DNA from: an uncultured delta proteobacterium
GTDB lineage: Bacteria; Desulfobacterota; Binatia; UBA9968
Reading direction: 5' to 3'
Assembly: GCA_963840855.1 (NCBI GenBank)
Contig: CAWJBB010000051.1
Location: forward strand, 1-64,000
Length of the DNA: 64,000 bases
The translations under genes and the position numbers were made by a program. Positions 31,248 through 41,018 of this stretch are shown here, piece by piece. A model generated the notes under the pieces. That model had not been told where the DNA came from and ran no database searches. It saw only the letters and a program-made list of their open reading frames with translations. The first letter of the stretch is position 1. Each line of letters begins with the position of its first letter.

Positions 31248-32147
31248 TCAATCTACCGTTTTCTCAACCCAAGACTGCGGCGTGGCGTGCTGCCGTTCCA
31301 TTCTTAAGGCCGCGATCTGTTCGGAAACCAGACCGAGCATGAAGATAATGACGGCCGTGGTCCACATGAATACCGACATATTCGTGAGGCGGCCGTAGAC
31401 CAGAAACGTGTAAAGATAATTCGCCAGACCGGTGAAGAAAAAGAAAAAACTCACCGGGAGAAACACGCGGAACGGCGAAAATAAGGTCGCAATCTTGGTG
31501 ATGATTAATAGAAATCGGACACCGTCCGTGACGAGACTGATTTTACTCTGACCGGTCCGGTAAAGCGTCTGGATCGGCAAGTACTTGACCGTCAAACCGG
31601 ACCGCAAAAAAGCCAGCGTCAGCGTCGTCGGATATGAAAACGTGTTGGGCAGCAAATCGATGAAGCGCAACGCGTCGAGCCGTTCGAGAACGCGAAAACC
31701 CGATGTCAAATCTTTGACGGGAAATTGTGTAACGTAAGTGGCCAGAAAGTTGTAAACCAGGTTGGCGACGTTGCGGTGAAAGCGCAATCTGGAACCCTTT
31801 GATCGCGCGCCTACGACCATATGGAAGTTTTCCGCTTCCTTTAGAAGTTTAGGGATGTCTTCCGGTTTGTGCTGTCCGTCTCCATCCATAAAGACAAGAA
31901 ACTTGCTCCGCGCCGCCCGAATGCCGCTCTTGATCGCCGCGCCGTTGCCGATGTTATAGGGGTGGCGAACGACAGTCGCTCCGGCTTGCGCAGCCACGAC
32001 GGCGCTGTCGTCCGTAGAACCGTCGTCGACAACAATAATTTCTGCGCCGGGGAGCCTGAGATCGTTGATTTTCGCCAACAATTTTTCCAAATTCGCCGCT
32101 TCGTTGAAAACAGGAATGACGATGGAGGTGTAAAAACGATCAGCCAT
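31248..32147 (-). CDS. GT2 polyprenyl-phosphate glycosyltransferase-like protein with C-terminal TM helices
   Basis: IPVFNE, VDDGSTD, MDGDGQH, DLTSGFR. Confidence 0.9.
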   Translation of the reverse strand: MADRFYTSIVIPVFNEAANLEKLLAKINDLRLPGAEIIVVDDGSTDDSAVVAAQAGATVVRHPYNIGNGAAIKSGIRAARSKFLVFMDGDGQHKPEDIPKLLKEAENFHMVVGARSKGSRLRFHRNVANLVYNFLATYVTQFPVKDLTSGFRVLERLDALRFIDLLPNTFSYPTTLTLAFLRSGLTVKYLPIQTLYRTGQSKISLVTDGVRFLLIITKIATLFSPFRVFLPVSFFFFFTGLANYLYTFLVYGRLTNMSVFMWTTAVIIFMLGLVSEQIAALRMERQHATPQSWVEKTVD

Positions 32148-33930
32148 GCAATTGGTATAGAGCGTATCCGCGCTCCTGAAAGCTCAGCGAAAGCCGGCTC
32201 GCGGCAAATTCGTTCCACAGAGTAATCTTGGCCGGCGACAAGTTGTTAAGCAAATAACGCGCCAGCAGGTCCGTTCGGACCATCAGGTGAGTAATTCCTT
32301 CGCGTCTTAGTGTCTGCTCAACTTCAGCGGGGTTTCGCGCCGATTGAATCGCGGCCATGAGGAATGCCGGCAGCTCACCTCCGTCGTGAAAGTAGTCTCG
32401 CTCACAGTAATAACCTCTCCTGCCGATAAAGAGCAGGTAAATTTTAGCGGTCGAGGGAAATTTTCGGTTGATGAATTCGAAGGTGGCGTATTCAGGCAGG
32501 TTTCGCGCGAGATAAGCCGCTCTGGTTTCATTGCCGAGCAGATAAGGAATCGGCCTAACTTCCCGAAAATACCCGTAGAGATAAAATCCATGATAACCGG
32601 CAAAGAACAAAAGACCGGCGAATAAATAAGCCGGTTGTTTGATGCGCAGATAAACATTGAAGACGCCGTAGGCGAACAGGACAACCAATGGCGGCACGAT
32701 CATCAGCACATACCGCACGCGCAGATCGACCAGAAACAAGGCGTACGCCAAATACAGCAACGCGAAGCCGGCAAGCAAGCGCTTTTCCTCAAGCCACTTC
32801 CCTTTGAACGCCCAGGGGAGAAGCAGAATCAGAACGGGGCTCAACGCACCGTCAAAATATTGCGGGTTGTCGTCCTGGCCGAAGAAAAACAGCCGCAGCG
32901 GCAAGGCCGCGATCTGCCACCAACTTTCGCCGTAGAGCAGCTCCCGTCTAGCCAAGATTCCCAGAGAAACGTACTGTGCCGGCGCGCTCGCGGCCGGGCC
33001 CTCGGCGGCGAAAAAACCGCCCAGCAGCGGGAAAAACGGATTGCCGGTCTGGTACCAGTTCTTCGCCAGCCACGGCAAAAAGGGCAGCGCGCTGGCGACG
33101 CCGAATAAGGCGGCCTCGGAGATCATTTTTCCGAAACCCCGTTTGGGTTCCCTTGCGAGCTGCCAAGCGAAGAGCAGACCCAGCACCAGCAACGCTACCA
33201 GGCCATTGGGCTTGGTGGCCACCGCGAAGCCGGCGGATAGTCCCGCGAGCGCGAGCCATGAGCCCTTTGCTTGCTCTTCGCGCCAGCAGAGCAAACAAAG
33301 GAGCGCCGCGGTCGTATAAAAAGTGATGCCGAGATCGACGTAAGCCCAGTGGCTCAAGCGCAGCACGGAAGGAATAGAGATCCAGAAAAAAAAGCCTAGC
33401 AGTCCATAGAGGCTGTTCATCCGACGGGACAGGTATGCGTAGAGCAGCAGGCCGGTCAGATAGCCGAAGAGCGCATGAACGACTTTCGGCACGGAATCGT
33501 AGCCCCAAACTACCCACGGGGTGTAGAGCATGTCTAGCAACATCGGGTAGTAGGAGTAAGGCGCCATCGGGACTTCGATAATTCGCCCCGCTCGCGCATA
33601 GAGGCGCGGGATAGTTAGATGATGCGTCAATTCGTCCCGCGCGGTCGGCGGCACCAGACTAAGCAGGCCTTCAACAATGATGATGACGAGGATCGCCAGC
33701 CACACGGAGCGCGCCAGCCATTGGCTCTCGCCAAATGCCCGCAAGAATTCGCGGCAGAAGAAAAGAACCGCGCCACCGAGAGCCGCGGCAACGAAGAAGT
33801 TTGGCAGCGGGTTTGTTACGTAACCCGCAAGCCCGGCAAAAAAATATAGAGTCCCGACGCCGCCAAGCAGAGCGCCCGCCAAACTGGCGCGCCATAGCAA
33901 AAGCAAAAAGCGCTCCTCGGCCACGCTCAT
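32140..33930 (-). CDS. GT-C (ArnT/PMT-like) integral membrane glycosyltransferase
   Basis: Many TM segments, DELTHH periplasmic loop, AYVD, TKPN, TGNPFFP. Confidence 0.75.
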   Translation of the reverse strand: MSVAEERFLLLLWRASLAGALLGGVGTLYFFAGLAGYVTNPLPNFFVAAALGGAVLFFCREFLRAFGESQWLARSVWLAILVIIIVEGLLSLVPPTARDELTHHLTIPRLYARAGRIIEVPMAPYSYYPMLLDMLYTPWVVWGYDSVPKVVHALFGYLTGLLLYAYLSRRMNSLYGLLGFFFWISIPSVLRLSHWAYVDLGITFYTTAALLCLLCWREEQAKGSWLALAGLSAGFAVATKPNGLVALLVLGLLFAWQLAREPKRGFGKMISEAALFGVASALPFLPWLAKNWYQTGNPFFPLLGGFFAAEGPAASAPAQYVSLGILARRELLYGESWWQIAALPLRLFFFGQDDNPQYFDGALSPVLILLLPWAFKGKWLEEKRLLAGFALLYLAYALFLVDLRVRYVLMIVPPLVVLFAYGVFNVYLRIKQPAYLFAGLLFFAGYHGFYLYGYFREVRPIPYLLGNETRAAYLARNLPEYATFEFINRKFPSTAKIYLLFIGRRGYYCERDYFHDGGELPAFLMAAIQSARNPAEVEQTLRREGITHLMVRTDLLARYLLNNLSPAKITLWNEFAASRLSLSFQERGYALYQLHG

Positions 33931-33987
33931 CCCTCGTCCGCCTGACTACACTTTCTCATTCCATCGAAAAAGCCGGCCAAGGAAGAC

Positions 33988-34236
33988 TCAGCCCGCTTTT
34001 TCGATGAGCGCAACCACCGCGCTGAACTTTACCAAATCACCTTCCCGCGCCTTAATCTCTTTCAGCACACCGTCGTCCGGCGCTTCGATCTCGACGTTGA
34101 CCTTATCGGTCTCAACTTCCAGTAAGCCCTCGCCTTTTTTAACCTCGGCCCCCGGCGACTTGAGCCAACGAAGAATTCTGACTTCATCGCTATCGTCGCT
34201 CGAACCCAGGCGCGGGACAGTCACTTCTTTCGTCAT
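33988..34236 (-). CDS. Stand-alone lipoyl/biotinyl carrier domain
   Basis: VTVPRLG, LLEVETDKVNVEIEAP (lipoyl Lys in ETDK). Confidence 0.9.
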   Translation of the reverse strand: MTKEVTVPRLGSSDDSDEVRILRWLKSPGAEVKKGEGLLEVETDKVNVEIEAPDDGVLKEIKAREGDLVKFSAVVALIEKAG

Positions 34237-34247
34237 GGCGTCGAGAC

Positions 34248-34847
34248 CTAGAGCGATTGCACCTCGAAGCTGTCGCCGAGCGATTTGAGCTTTAAAGTCT
34301 GGCGCATATTTTCCATGAAGGCGTGCACGTTTTTGTATTCGGCCGGGACCTCGTAGTTCACCGCCGTGTAGAGATAATGGAGCTGGGAGAAAATCGCAGC
34401 ATCGGCGAGGCTCATGCGGTCGAAAATAAACTTCTTGCCGGTGTAGATCTGGTCCAAGGTCTTGAAGTGAACGGCCCATTCTTCTTCGGCTTTCTTCCGC
34501 GCTTCCGGGGTATCCGCGCGGCGGATGGCGTGGTTGGCATGGATTAAAACTTCGTCCGACCAATCTTCCAGGGCCAAGCAAAGCCCCTTATTGACCGCGC
34601 CCTCGGGATAAATACTGTTCGCCGGATAATCCTTCTCAAGCAAGGCCGATATAATTGTCGAGTCAATGACGCACTTGCCGTTGTAGTCCATGGACGGCAC
34701 TTTTCTTTGTCCGGTATATTCGATCAGCGATTTACGGTCGTCTTTGCGCACATCGACGATGTCGTAGGGTACTTTTTTCATCGCAAAAACAATCCGCACC
34801 TTCTCGCAAAACATCGATGTTTGAGACTGAAATAGTTTGATAGCCAT
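34248..34847 (-). CDS. Glutathione S-transferase family protein
   Basis: SMFCEKVR, GQRKVP, IDST, SLADAA. Confidence 0.88.
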   Translation of the reverse strand: MAIKLFQSQTSMFCEKVRIVFAMKKVPYDIVDVRKDDRKSLIEYTGQRKVPSMDYNGKCVIDSTIISALLEKDYPANSIYPEGAVNKGLCLALEDWSDEVLIHANHAIRRADTPEARKKAEEEWAVHFKTLDQIYTGKKFIFDRMSLADAAIFSQLHYLYTAVNYEVPAEYKNVHAFMENMRQTLKLKSLGDSFEVQSL

Positions 34848-34986
34848 GCTCTATTCCTCCTTCGATATGATTCTTGGTTAGTGCCGTGGAAACCGCCGCA
34901 ATCCTGGGGTGGCCGCTCGATGCTCGAATCACTTAATATCCCATGCACCAATTTTCATGAATTCTCAACCGCCCGCTGGCTTCTTG

Positions 34987-35015
34987 TTGACCTCGTTGGC
35001 GATCGTGAGTATTCT
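34987..35015 (+). promoter_or_regulatory. Putative sigma70 promoter
   Basis: TTGACC-17 nt-TATTCT upstream of a structured leader and a small Cys protein gene. Confidence 0.6.
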
Positions 35016-35195
35016 TTCATCGACGCCCAAAGAGGGCACCCGTGAAACGCAAGGACAAGGTAATACTTTTTTTAGTATAGGCCACTAGGGCGACACGGAC
35101 CTTCGGACTGTTCTGAGCAGAAGTCGACGCTGAGAACGGCGGCCGCCGCCGGATCAGCGGAGCATTTTTAGAGCTAGATTTTAGAAGGACCTACG

Positions 35196-35405
35196 ATGGC
35201 AAAGTATCTTCAATGCAGCGAGTGCGGCAAACTGGCTTTTTACTACGACGACTTCGTCGGCACGGAAAAACCTTTCTATAAGCGCTTCATGCGCTACCCC
35301 GAAGGCGAAACCAAGCACGAACCGCCCCGCTGCTTTAGCTGCGGCGGCGTCCCGCGCCTGATCCACGAAAACATCAAGGAAGAAAAAGCGGCCGCGAAGC
35401 ATTAA
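35196..35405 (+). CDS. Small Zn-ribbon-like protein (69 aa)
   Basis: RBS GAAGGA; CSEC and CFSC pairs; GC3-biased codons. Confidence 0.75.
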   Translation: MAKYLQCSECGKLAFYYDDFVGTEKPFYKRFMRYPEGETKHEPPRCFSCGGVPRLIHENIKEEKAAAKH

Positions 35406-35666
35406 GGTAGTCGATGAACTGTCCAAGGCGAGCAGCAGGGTGACATTGTAAGCGTGAAACACGTACACGGGCAAAATTGAAAGCGATGGCGGGCCCGAAA
35501 TCTCACCAGCCAAGCGGCTAACGATCCAATCCGGCCGCGTGACGTGAAAAACTCCAAAGGACAGTAAATCCGGCGCCATCCCAACGAGAAATCCTGTCCA
35601 GAACTCTTTTTTGCCGCGGGCAGAGAACGCCGCGCCGCCCCAAAGTCCATGGGCCAGTACGTCCAT
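35402..35666 (-). pseudogene. Truncated membrane metal-dependent hydrolase-like gene
   Basis: MDVLAHGLWG..MAPDLLSFG..YNVT; the expected HSL/HxxxD half is absent and the ORF runs antisense into the neighbouring gene. Confidence 0.55.
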
Positions 35667-35698
35667 GAATAATCTATCCCTGTTGCATTGCGCCGGCT

Positions 35699-36016
35699 TC
35701 AGCGTCCGGCGGCGACTGCCTTTACATGCTCTTGCACGACTTCGGGCGGGCACAGCCGGATAAACAATTTGAGGCCGAGCAGGATCACTACGAGATCGTC
35801 GATCTGACCGAGCACAAGGAAAACGTCGGGCAACAAGTCAACCGGCAAAATCAGATATCCAAGGACGCCCAACGGAACCAGCTTCGACCGCAGCGCAACC
35901 CGCGGATCTCTTACCAAACGCGAGAATACCCTTAGAAACCTCGGCAGATGATAAAGAAATTGGAGGAGCTGTCTAACGCCAAGCTGCCGGACTATTCCTA
36001 ACGGCGCCAGTCGCAT
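35699..36016 (-). CDS. YkvA/DUF1232 protein
   Basis: RDPRV..YLILPVDLLPD..GQIDD. Confidence 0.9.
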   Translation of the reverse strand: MRLAPLGIVRQLGVRQLLQFLYHLPRFLRVFSRLVRDPRVALRSKLVPLGVLGYLILPVDLLPDVFLVLGQIDDLVVILLGLKLFIRLCPPEVVQEHVKAVAAGR

Positions 36017-36081
36017 CGCCTCACCTTTCGCCGGCTGCAGCGCGGTGGTGATTTGCCAGACACACTCGGTTTTGCCGCGGC

Positions 36082-37280
36082 TCACTCATTGCTCTTCATC
36101 ACCTGCGAGCTCGGGGCTCTGCCAAACAGATCCACGACGCCCCGTCGCGCATCTTTCTTAAAGAGCATTATGCCCACTGCAAGAGCAATATAAAGAAAAG
36201 AATAATAGAACCGGAATAATGGATCGGGAAAACACAACTGCGTTGAAAACAGCACGAATATAACGGTAGCTTCAACCAGGCTAAACGACAGATTGGCCAA
36301 GATCGCGACGGCGAACAGAGATTGCGCAGCCGTCAAAAACATCTCTTCAATTTGCCGTTGATCCATTTCCATCGGGCCCAATCGTCCCGCGGATATCGCG
36401 AACACGACGGGCAGCATGCCGATCAGCAATGTCCATTGATTGACTTTTGAGCTGAGCAACGCCCCCATGCTTATTCCCGGCTGCATGCGCAGCGCGAATA
36501 AGATCGCGACGATGAATTCAGGCGACTCGGAGGCCAAGGGCGCCAGCCATTGAACCAAGATAAATTCTTCGATGCCAAACTTGCGTCCCGTGGCCAAGAG
36601 GCCTTCGGCAAAAGGCTCAGCGGCGATAAAAATGGTAAAACCGGAAAACAGAAAAAATAACACGGTTGACGACGCGACGCGCCCCCTCTCCCACAATTTT
36701 CGATCATTGCCGGTGGACCTTCGAGCTCTGGTTCTATATGTGAAGCCTTCGACGCGGCACGCATGTAAAAGGCAAAAATCCCGATGAATATAGCCGCGTC
36801 TGTAAGATCGAGCCGCCCTTTGAACGGAATGATGAAAGAATAAATTGTCGCTAATCCAAGATAAAAGATTTCGGTCTTATGCTCGGGCTCCAGCTGAATC
36901 GCTTTCTTGCCGGATTTGAGCCAAAAGGTCATCACCACGGCGGCCCAACCTACCCCGATCAACAACCGGTTGGCGCCGGTCATATTGGCCATGGCAAACG
37001 CCGTGTACTTCGGGTCCTTCCCGGCTTGCCAGGCAAAATACATATCCACGGCATATTCGGGCAAAACCGCGATCAGCGCGAGAAGTGCAATGGCCAACGC
37101 TTGTGGAATGTCTTTCTGCGCGAGTTCAGCCGCCCACGAAAGGATGAACGCGGCGCCAAAAATCGCCAACCCGGAGCTTAGCGCCATCCAGTGCGGCGGT
37201 GGATGTCCACCGGTAAAGTGAATCACGACCCATTGAAGACAAAGCGTCGTTGCTGAGCCGATCCAGAGCCAATTCGTCAT
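36082..37280 (-). CDS. Na+/Ca2+ (CaCA) exchanger-like membrane protein; one indel near 36700
   Basis: Alpha repeats AVLPEYA..ANMTGAN and [14 protein letters not shown]. Confidence 0.85.
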
Positions 37281-37370
37281 CCGTTCCTCCAGGCGAGATC
37301 AAAGTTTCTGAGATTTATCACCCGTTCCTAATTTCACAGCCGCCGGGCTATGTCAATGCACTTAAACAAG

Positions 37371-37401
37371 AAAAGGGCGGGTAAGTTACCCGCCCTTTTT
37401 T
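37371..37401. terminator. Bidirectional intrinsic terminator (probably the original tRNA-Ala terminator)
   Basis: AAAAGGGCGGGTAA-G-TTACCCGCCCTTTTTT perfect inverted repeat with A and T tracts. Confidence 0.9.
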
Positions 37402-37404
37402 GCG

Positions 37405-37453
37405 ATTGGTGGAGCCGATGGGGGTCGAACCCACGGCCTCTAGAGTGCGATTC
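37405..37453. repeat. att core copy (displaced 3' part of tRNA-Ala)
   Basis: ATTGGTGGAGCCGATGGGGGTCGAACCCACGGCCTCTAGAGTGCGATTC, identical to 44589..44637. Confidence 0.97.
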
Positions 37454-38311
37454 AAAAGGAGCAGAAAAACAAGCACAGATTCAAAGGCTTCTGCGCCGAG
37501 CTTTGAGGATTTGCTCACGCTGTATTTGCAAGAGCAAAAGCTCAATGATTGCTCCCGAGCGGGGGAATACTCAGCGGAGCGGCTCAAACCTTCGTTTGCA
37601 GGTTTTCCGGTTTCGGAAATCACAGCGCTAAGAATTAACGAGCACATTCTCCGGCGCAAAAACAGCGGATCCGCAAACGCAACCATCAACCGCGAGCTTG
37701 CTGCACTGCGCAGGATGTTCACCTTGGCGCTGCGCTACGGAATGATTTCCTCTGCGCCGTTCATTCAGTCTCTCAAGGAAGCCCCACCGAGACAAGGCTT
37801 TATTGAGCGCCCACAGTTCGAGAAACTTCTCGCTGCGCTGCCTGCGTACGTTCAGCCTGTAGTCGAGTTTCTCTATCTCTCCGCGTGGCGCAAGCGCGAG
37901 GCTTTGACGCTTCAGTGGTCGGATGTGGACCTTCCAAGCCGGGTTGTGCGCCTACGCCCGGAGCGCAGCAAGAACGGCAAAGGTCGAACGCTTCCCTTGC
38001 GCGGTAGACTGTTGGAGTTGATTCAACAGCGGTGGAGTCAGCGGCACGACGGTTGCGCGTATGTCTTCCATCGTAACGGACGCCCCATTGCGGACATTCG
38101 CAGGGCCTGGGCAAAAGCAACCCAAGCAGTGGGATTGAGCGGTCTGCTGGTTCACGATTTGCGCCGTTCAGGGATAAGGAACCTTGTCCGTTCTGGAGCC
38201 TCTCCGAACGTAGCAGCCAAGATTAGTGGCCATCGGACCATGAGCACGTTTTTGCGCTACGACATCACGAGTGAGGAAGACATAGCGCAAGCCATTGAGG
38301 CCGTGTGCTAA
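37409..38311 (+). CDS. Tyrosine recombinase/integrase whose start codon lies within the att core
   Basis: ATINRELAALRRMF, SAWRKRE (R), SKNG (K), HDLRR, SGH, RYD. Confidence 0.93.
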   Translation: MEPMGVEPTASRVRFKRSRKTSTDSKASAPSFEDLLTLYLQEQKLNDCSRAGEYSAERLKPSFAGFPVSEITALRINEHILRRKNSGSANATINRELAALRRMFTLALRYGMISSAPFIQSLKEAPPRQGFIERPQFEKLLAALPAYVQPVVEFLYLSAWRKREALTLQWSDVDLPSRVVRLRPERSKNGKGRTLPLRGRLLELIQQRWSQRHDGCAYVFHRNGRPIADIRRAWAKATQAVGLSGLLVHDLRRSGIRNLVRSGASPNVAAKISGHRTMSTFLRYDITSEEDIAQAIEAVC

Positions 38312-39459
38312 GGCCCGGCTCTGGCCTGCTCATCCGCCACGGCCCAAATGGAGCTTCGGCAGGGTTGTAGGCTGGGTTGTCCCGGATTCCCAGTGGAATT
38401 CCTCCGGCGCTTCGCGAGGTTGGGCGCGGAGATCATGTAGAGCGTTATGAATGCTAGAACACTATTACATAATACACGTCCACTGGACTCATGGTCCACA
38501 TAACCTATTGAGTTTGCGAGGTTCATACCTCTTAAACTCTACTGATTTGATAGGGTTTAACGTTTGAGTACCTACTTTCCTGTGAGAAAATTTCCGCCAG
38601 GGGCACGGGTAAGGTCGATCCCACTTGCGTGAATCGCCTGAGATCGGAATCGCCTTAGGGGAGTGGAGGGGGGCGGACCAGGGACCAGGGATCGACTAGG
38701 GCGGGGAGAGACCAGGGATAACACAACTAGTCCCGGGCAGTCTACATCGTGTCCAATCCACGTTGGCACTGGTTGGTCCAAATTTCCCTGCTAAATGGCC
38801 CATGTACGTTAGATCGAAGAACTAGGGCGCTCGGGTGCGGCGGATGGTGGGCTGAAGTGCCAGTTTGCCATAGCTTGGGAGAACCCCCACCCAGCTCGTT
38901 GGCTGTGGTTCCAGGCCAATTCACCCCCCACCCCCGAAATTCTGCAGACGCACCCTGCACGCACGTAACTACCCCCACGTGAGGGATCCTGGAAATGCGC
39001 GTTCTGTGCGTCACTACCGGCGGACCCCCAGTGTACAATGTACAATGTACACGTACACTTAGCGCTGGAACCTTAAGCTTCGTCCCGCAGCGTGCCTCCA
39101 ACCCCCCAAGTTCGCAGCAACTTAACGATGAGTACGTTGTTATGAGAGGACAGTGAAACCACAAAAAACCATGCGAAAACGCAAACGGCGAAGAACTTGC
39201 GGCGAGCTTGCGTGTTCTAATGATTCAAACATCGTATTCTCCAACTAATTCGCCGGTTTGTAAATTGGCCTGGAAAAAGCGCAGCAAAATCAATGGGACC
39301 AAAAAAGCTCCACTTTAGTTTTAGGCAAACAACAGGCCAATTTTACAGTGTAATCACATTGGCGTCTGTAGCTATAGAGGCAAGCATCATCGTTGGCACC
39401 TTCGAGTGTCTATTTTTTCGACCAGAAAAAGACAGCATAAAAACACGGGAGGCATTTCA

Positions 39460-39690
39460 ATGGGCGGATTCGCAAGAACAGAAACCCTAGAAGACGTACT
39501 AAAGGCCATCAGCCAAACCGGCAGCCTGCGAAAAGCGGCAGAGCACTTGGGTATGTCACCAATGTGGATCTCGAACCTACTTCGGCGCTACGGTATCCGG
39601 CAGGTGATTCAGTGGGTTGATCAGCGCGGCAACATAAGGGCCACGGCCAACGGCGAAGGAAAGCCATTCCATGCCTCCGATGATTTTTAG
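39460..39690 (+). CDS. Small HTH protein (regulator or excisionase candidate)
   Basis: RBS GGAGG; GSLRKAAEHLGMSPMWISNLLRRYG HTH. Confidence 0.75.
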   Translation: MGGFARTETLEDVLKAISQTGSLRKAAEHLGMSPMWISNLLRRYGIRQVIQWVDQRGNIRATANGEGKPFHASDDF

Positions 39691-39720
39691 TTCTACACGA
39701 GGCGAGGGGAAGCAAAGGAA

Positions 39721-39918
39721 ATGAACAAGCGTAAAGGAATGATACGAAAACTCACGCGCAAAGCCGAGCAGGCGAACGAACAACAATCCCTTCGGCGCAA
39801 GACGGGGAGGAGTGGGGTACTGCTCACGCAGACAAGCGATAGCGTGCTCGTGGTGCAGCCTCAGCCCAGCATCCCCCCTCGTGGTCGTTCGTTGGCCACC
39901 GGAGGAATCCCTGCATGA
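39721..39918 (+). CDS. Hypothetical basic protein
   Basis: RBS-like purine run; ATGA overlap with the next ORF. Confidence 0.4.
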   Translation: MNKRKGMIRKLTRKAEQANEQQSLRRKTGRSGVLLTQTSDSVLVVQPQPSIPPRGRSLATGGIPA

Positions 39919-40268
39919 GAATCAAAATCATCAACCGTGGATGGATAAGCCAAGCGACTCTTGAGCGGGCATCGAAAGCCCCCTGGAACAAGCTAGAAGT
40001 GAAGCTCTTGAATGACGGCAAAAATGGTCCGCTGTGGTACGTCGAACACGTAAACACGATGACCCCGGTTGATGGATTTTACCAGAGCAAGAGCGACGCT
40101 GAGACTTCTGCAAAGTGGCTCGCTAAATCCCAACAACGCGCAGAGCTAGAACGTCGGATTGATCGCGAGGAGTTTATGGACGTGGACGGCAACACGCGCA
40201 TCGTGTATCGTTTTAGCCCTTCTCTGGTGCGGAAGCAGAGCGCTATAGGGAGCAACGAAAATGAGTAA
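39915..40268 (+). CDS. Hypothetical protein
   Basis: RBS GGAGG; 117 aa ORF in the element operon. Confidence 0.65.
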   Translation: MRIKIINRGWISQATLERASKAPWNKLEVKLLNDGKNGPLWYVEHVNTMTPVDGFYQSKSDAETSAKWLAKSQQRAELERRIDREEFMDVDGNTRIVYRFSPSLVRKQSAIGSNENE

Positions 40269-40387
40269 CATACACATACCAAAACCCAGCACAAACAGAC
40301 AAAGAATTCTTCCTCTGCTTCCTCTGCGTACATGGTTTTGATTCAGGCCAAGAGAGAAAAACTTACACGAGCGAAAGGAGAGACTCT

Positions 40388-40804
40388 ATGCAGCAAAAAA
40401 GACGACTCGCTGCCTTGTGCGTTTTAACTTCAATTCTGGCGTTCAGTGCTCATGCGTTTGGGCGGCAGATATCACTTAAGGAGTATCGCCAGTCCAGGTC
40501 CGACCCAGGAGCCCAGGGAGAAATGAAGGGAGAAATGATGAAATTATATGTGATGGGGCTTGGGGACGCACTTGTTGCGGCGAATGTGTATGGACCTGGT
40601 AGTCGTAGTCGCAACTTCTTCTGCCCTCCGCCTGAGCTTGCTTTAGTCGTTAATAATTACATGCAAATTCTCGATGCCCAGATTCAACGTGAGATTCAGC
40701 GTGACAAGCTGCGCAGATCAGGAGTCTTGACAGATGATTTACCAATCTCACTCATATTACTCCACGGTTTAAAGGAGACTTTTCCGTGCCCAGAGAAACC
40801 GTGA
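40388..40804 (+). CDS. Secreted Rap1a/Tai4-like protein
   Basis: RBS AAGGAG, signal peptide (AHA), YVMGLGD, FCPP, C-terminal ETFPC. Confidence 0.65.
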   Translation: MQQKRRLAALCVLTSILAFSAHAFGRQISLKEYRQSRSDPGAQGEMKGEMMKLYVMGLGDALVAANVYGPGSRSRNFFCPPPELALVVNNYMQILDAQIQREIQRDKLRRSGVLTDDLPISLILLHGLKETFPCPEKP

Positions 40805-40811
40805 GAACATC

Positions 40812-41018
40812 GTGATGAACACAGACTCAGACATAAAGTTTGTCCAACATCTCGTTGGACGTTTGGCCGCTGAAGGGTTCTTTGGGGAGCTAACCATCCG
40901 CTACCACAAAGGGCGAATTACAGTCGTACGGCGAGAAGAATCCCTTCCTTTGCCGTCATTCAATGATGAGAAATTCTCACAAGGAGAGAAACAGAATGAA
41001 CAACTTGGAAATTCCTAA
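40812..41018 (+). CDS. DUF2292/YezD-like small protein
   Basis: FFGELTIRYHKGRITVVRREES pattern; overlaps the helicase start. Confidence 0.5.
   Translation: MMNTDSDIKFVQHLVGRLAAEGFFGELTIRYHKGRITVVRREESLPLPSFNDEKFSQGEKQNEQLGNS

Noticed and set aside
35030-35062. c-di-GMP-I (GEMM) riboswitch suggested by AGGGCA..GAAA..GCAA
   Set aside because: Spacing does not fit and the P2 tetraloop-receptor stem is absent; kept only as an unknown structured leader
37405-37453. Second tRNA-Ala gene
   Set aside because: Only the 3' 47 nt of the tRNA are present; this is the att duplication
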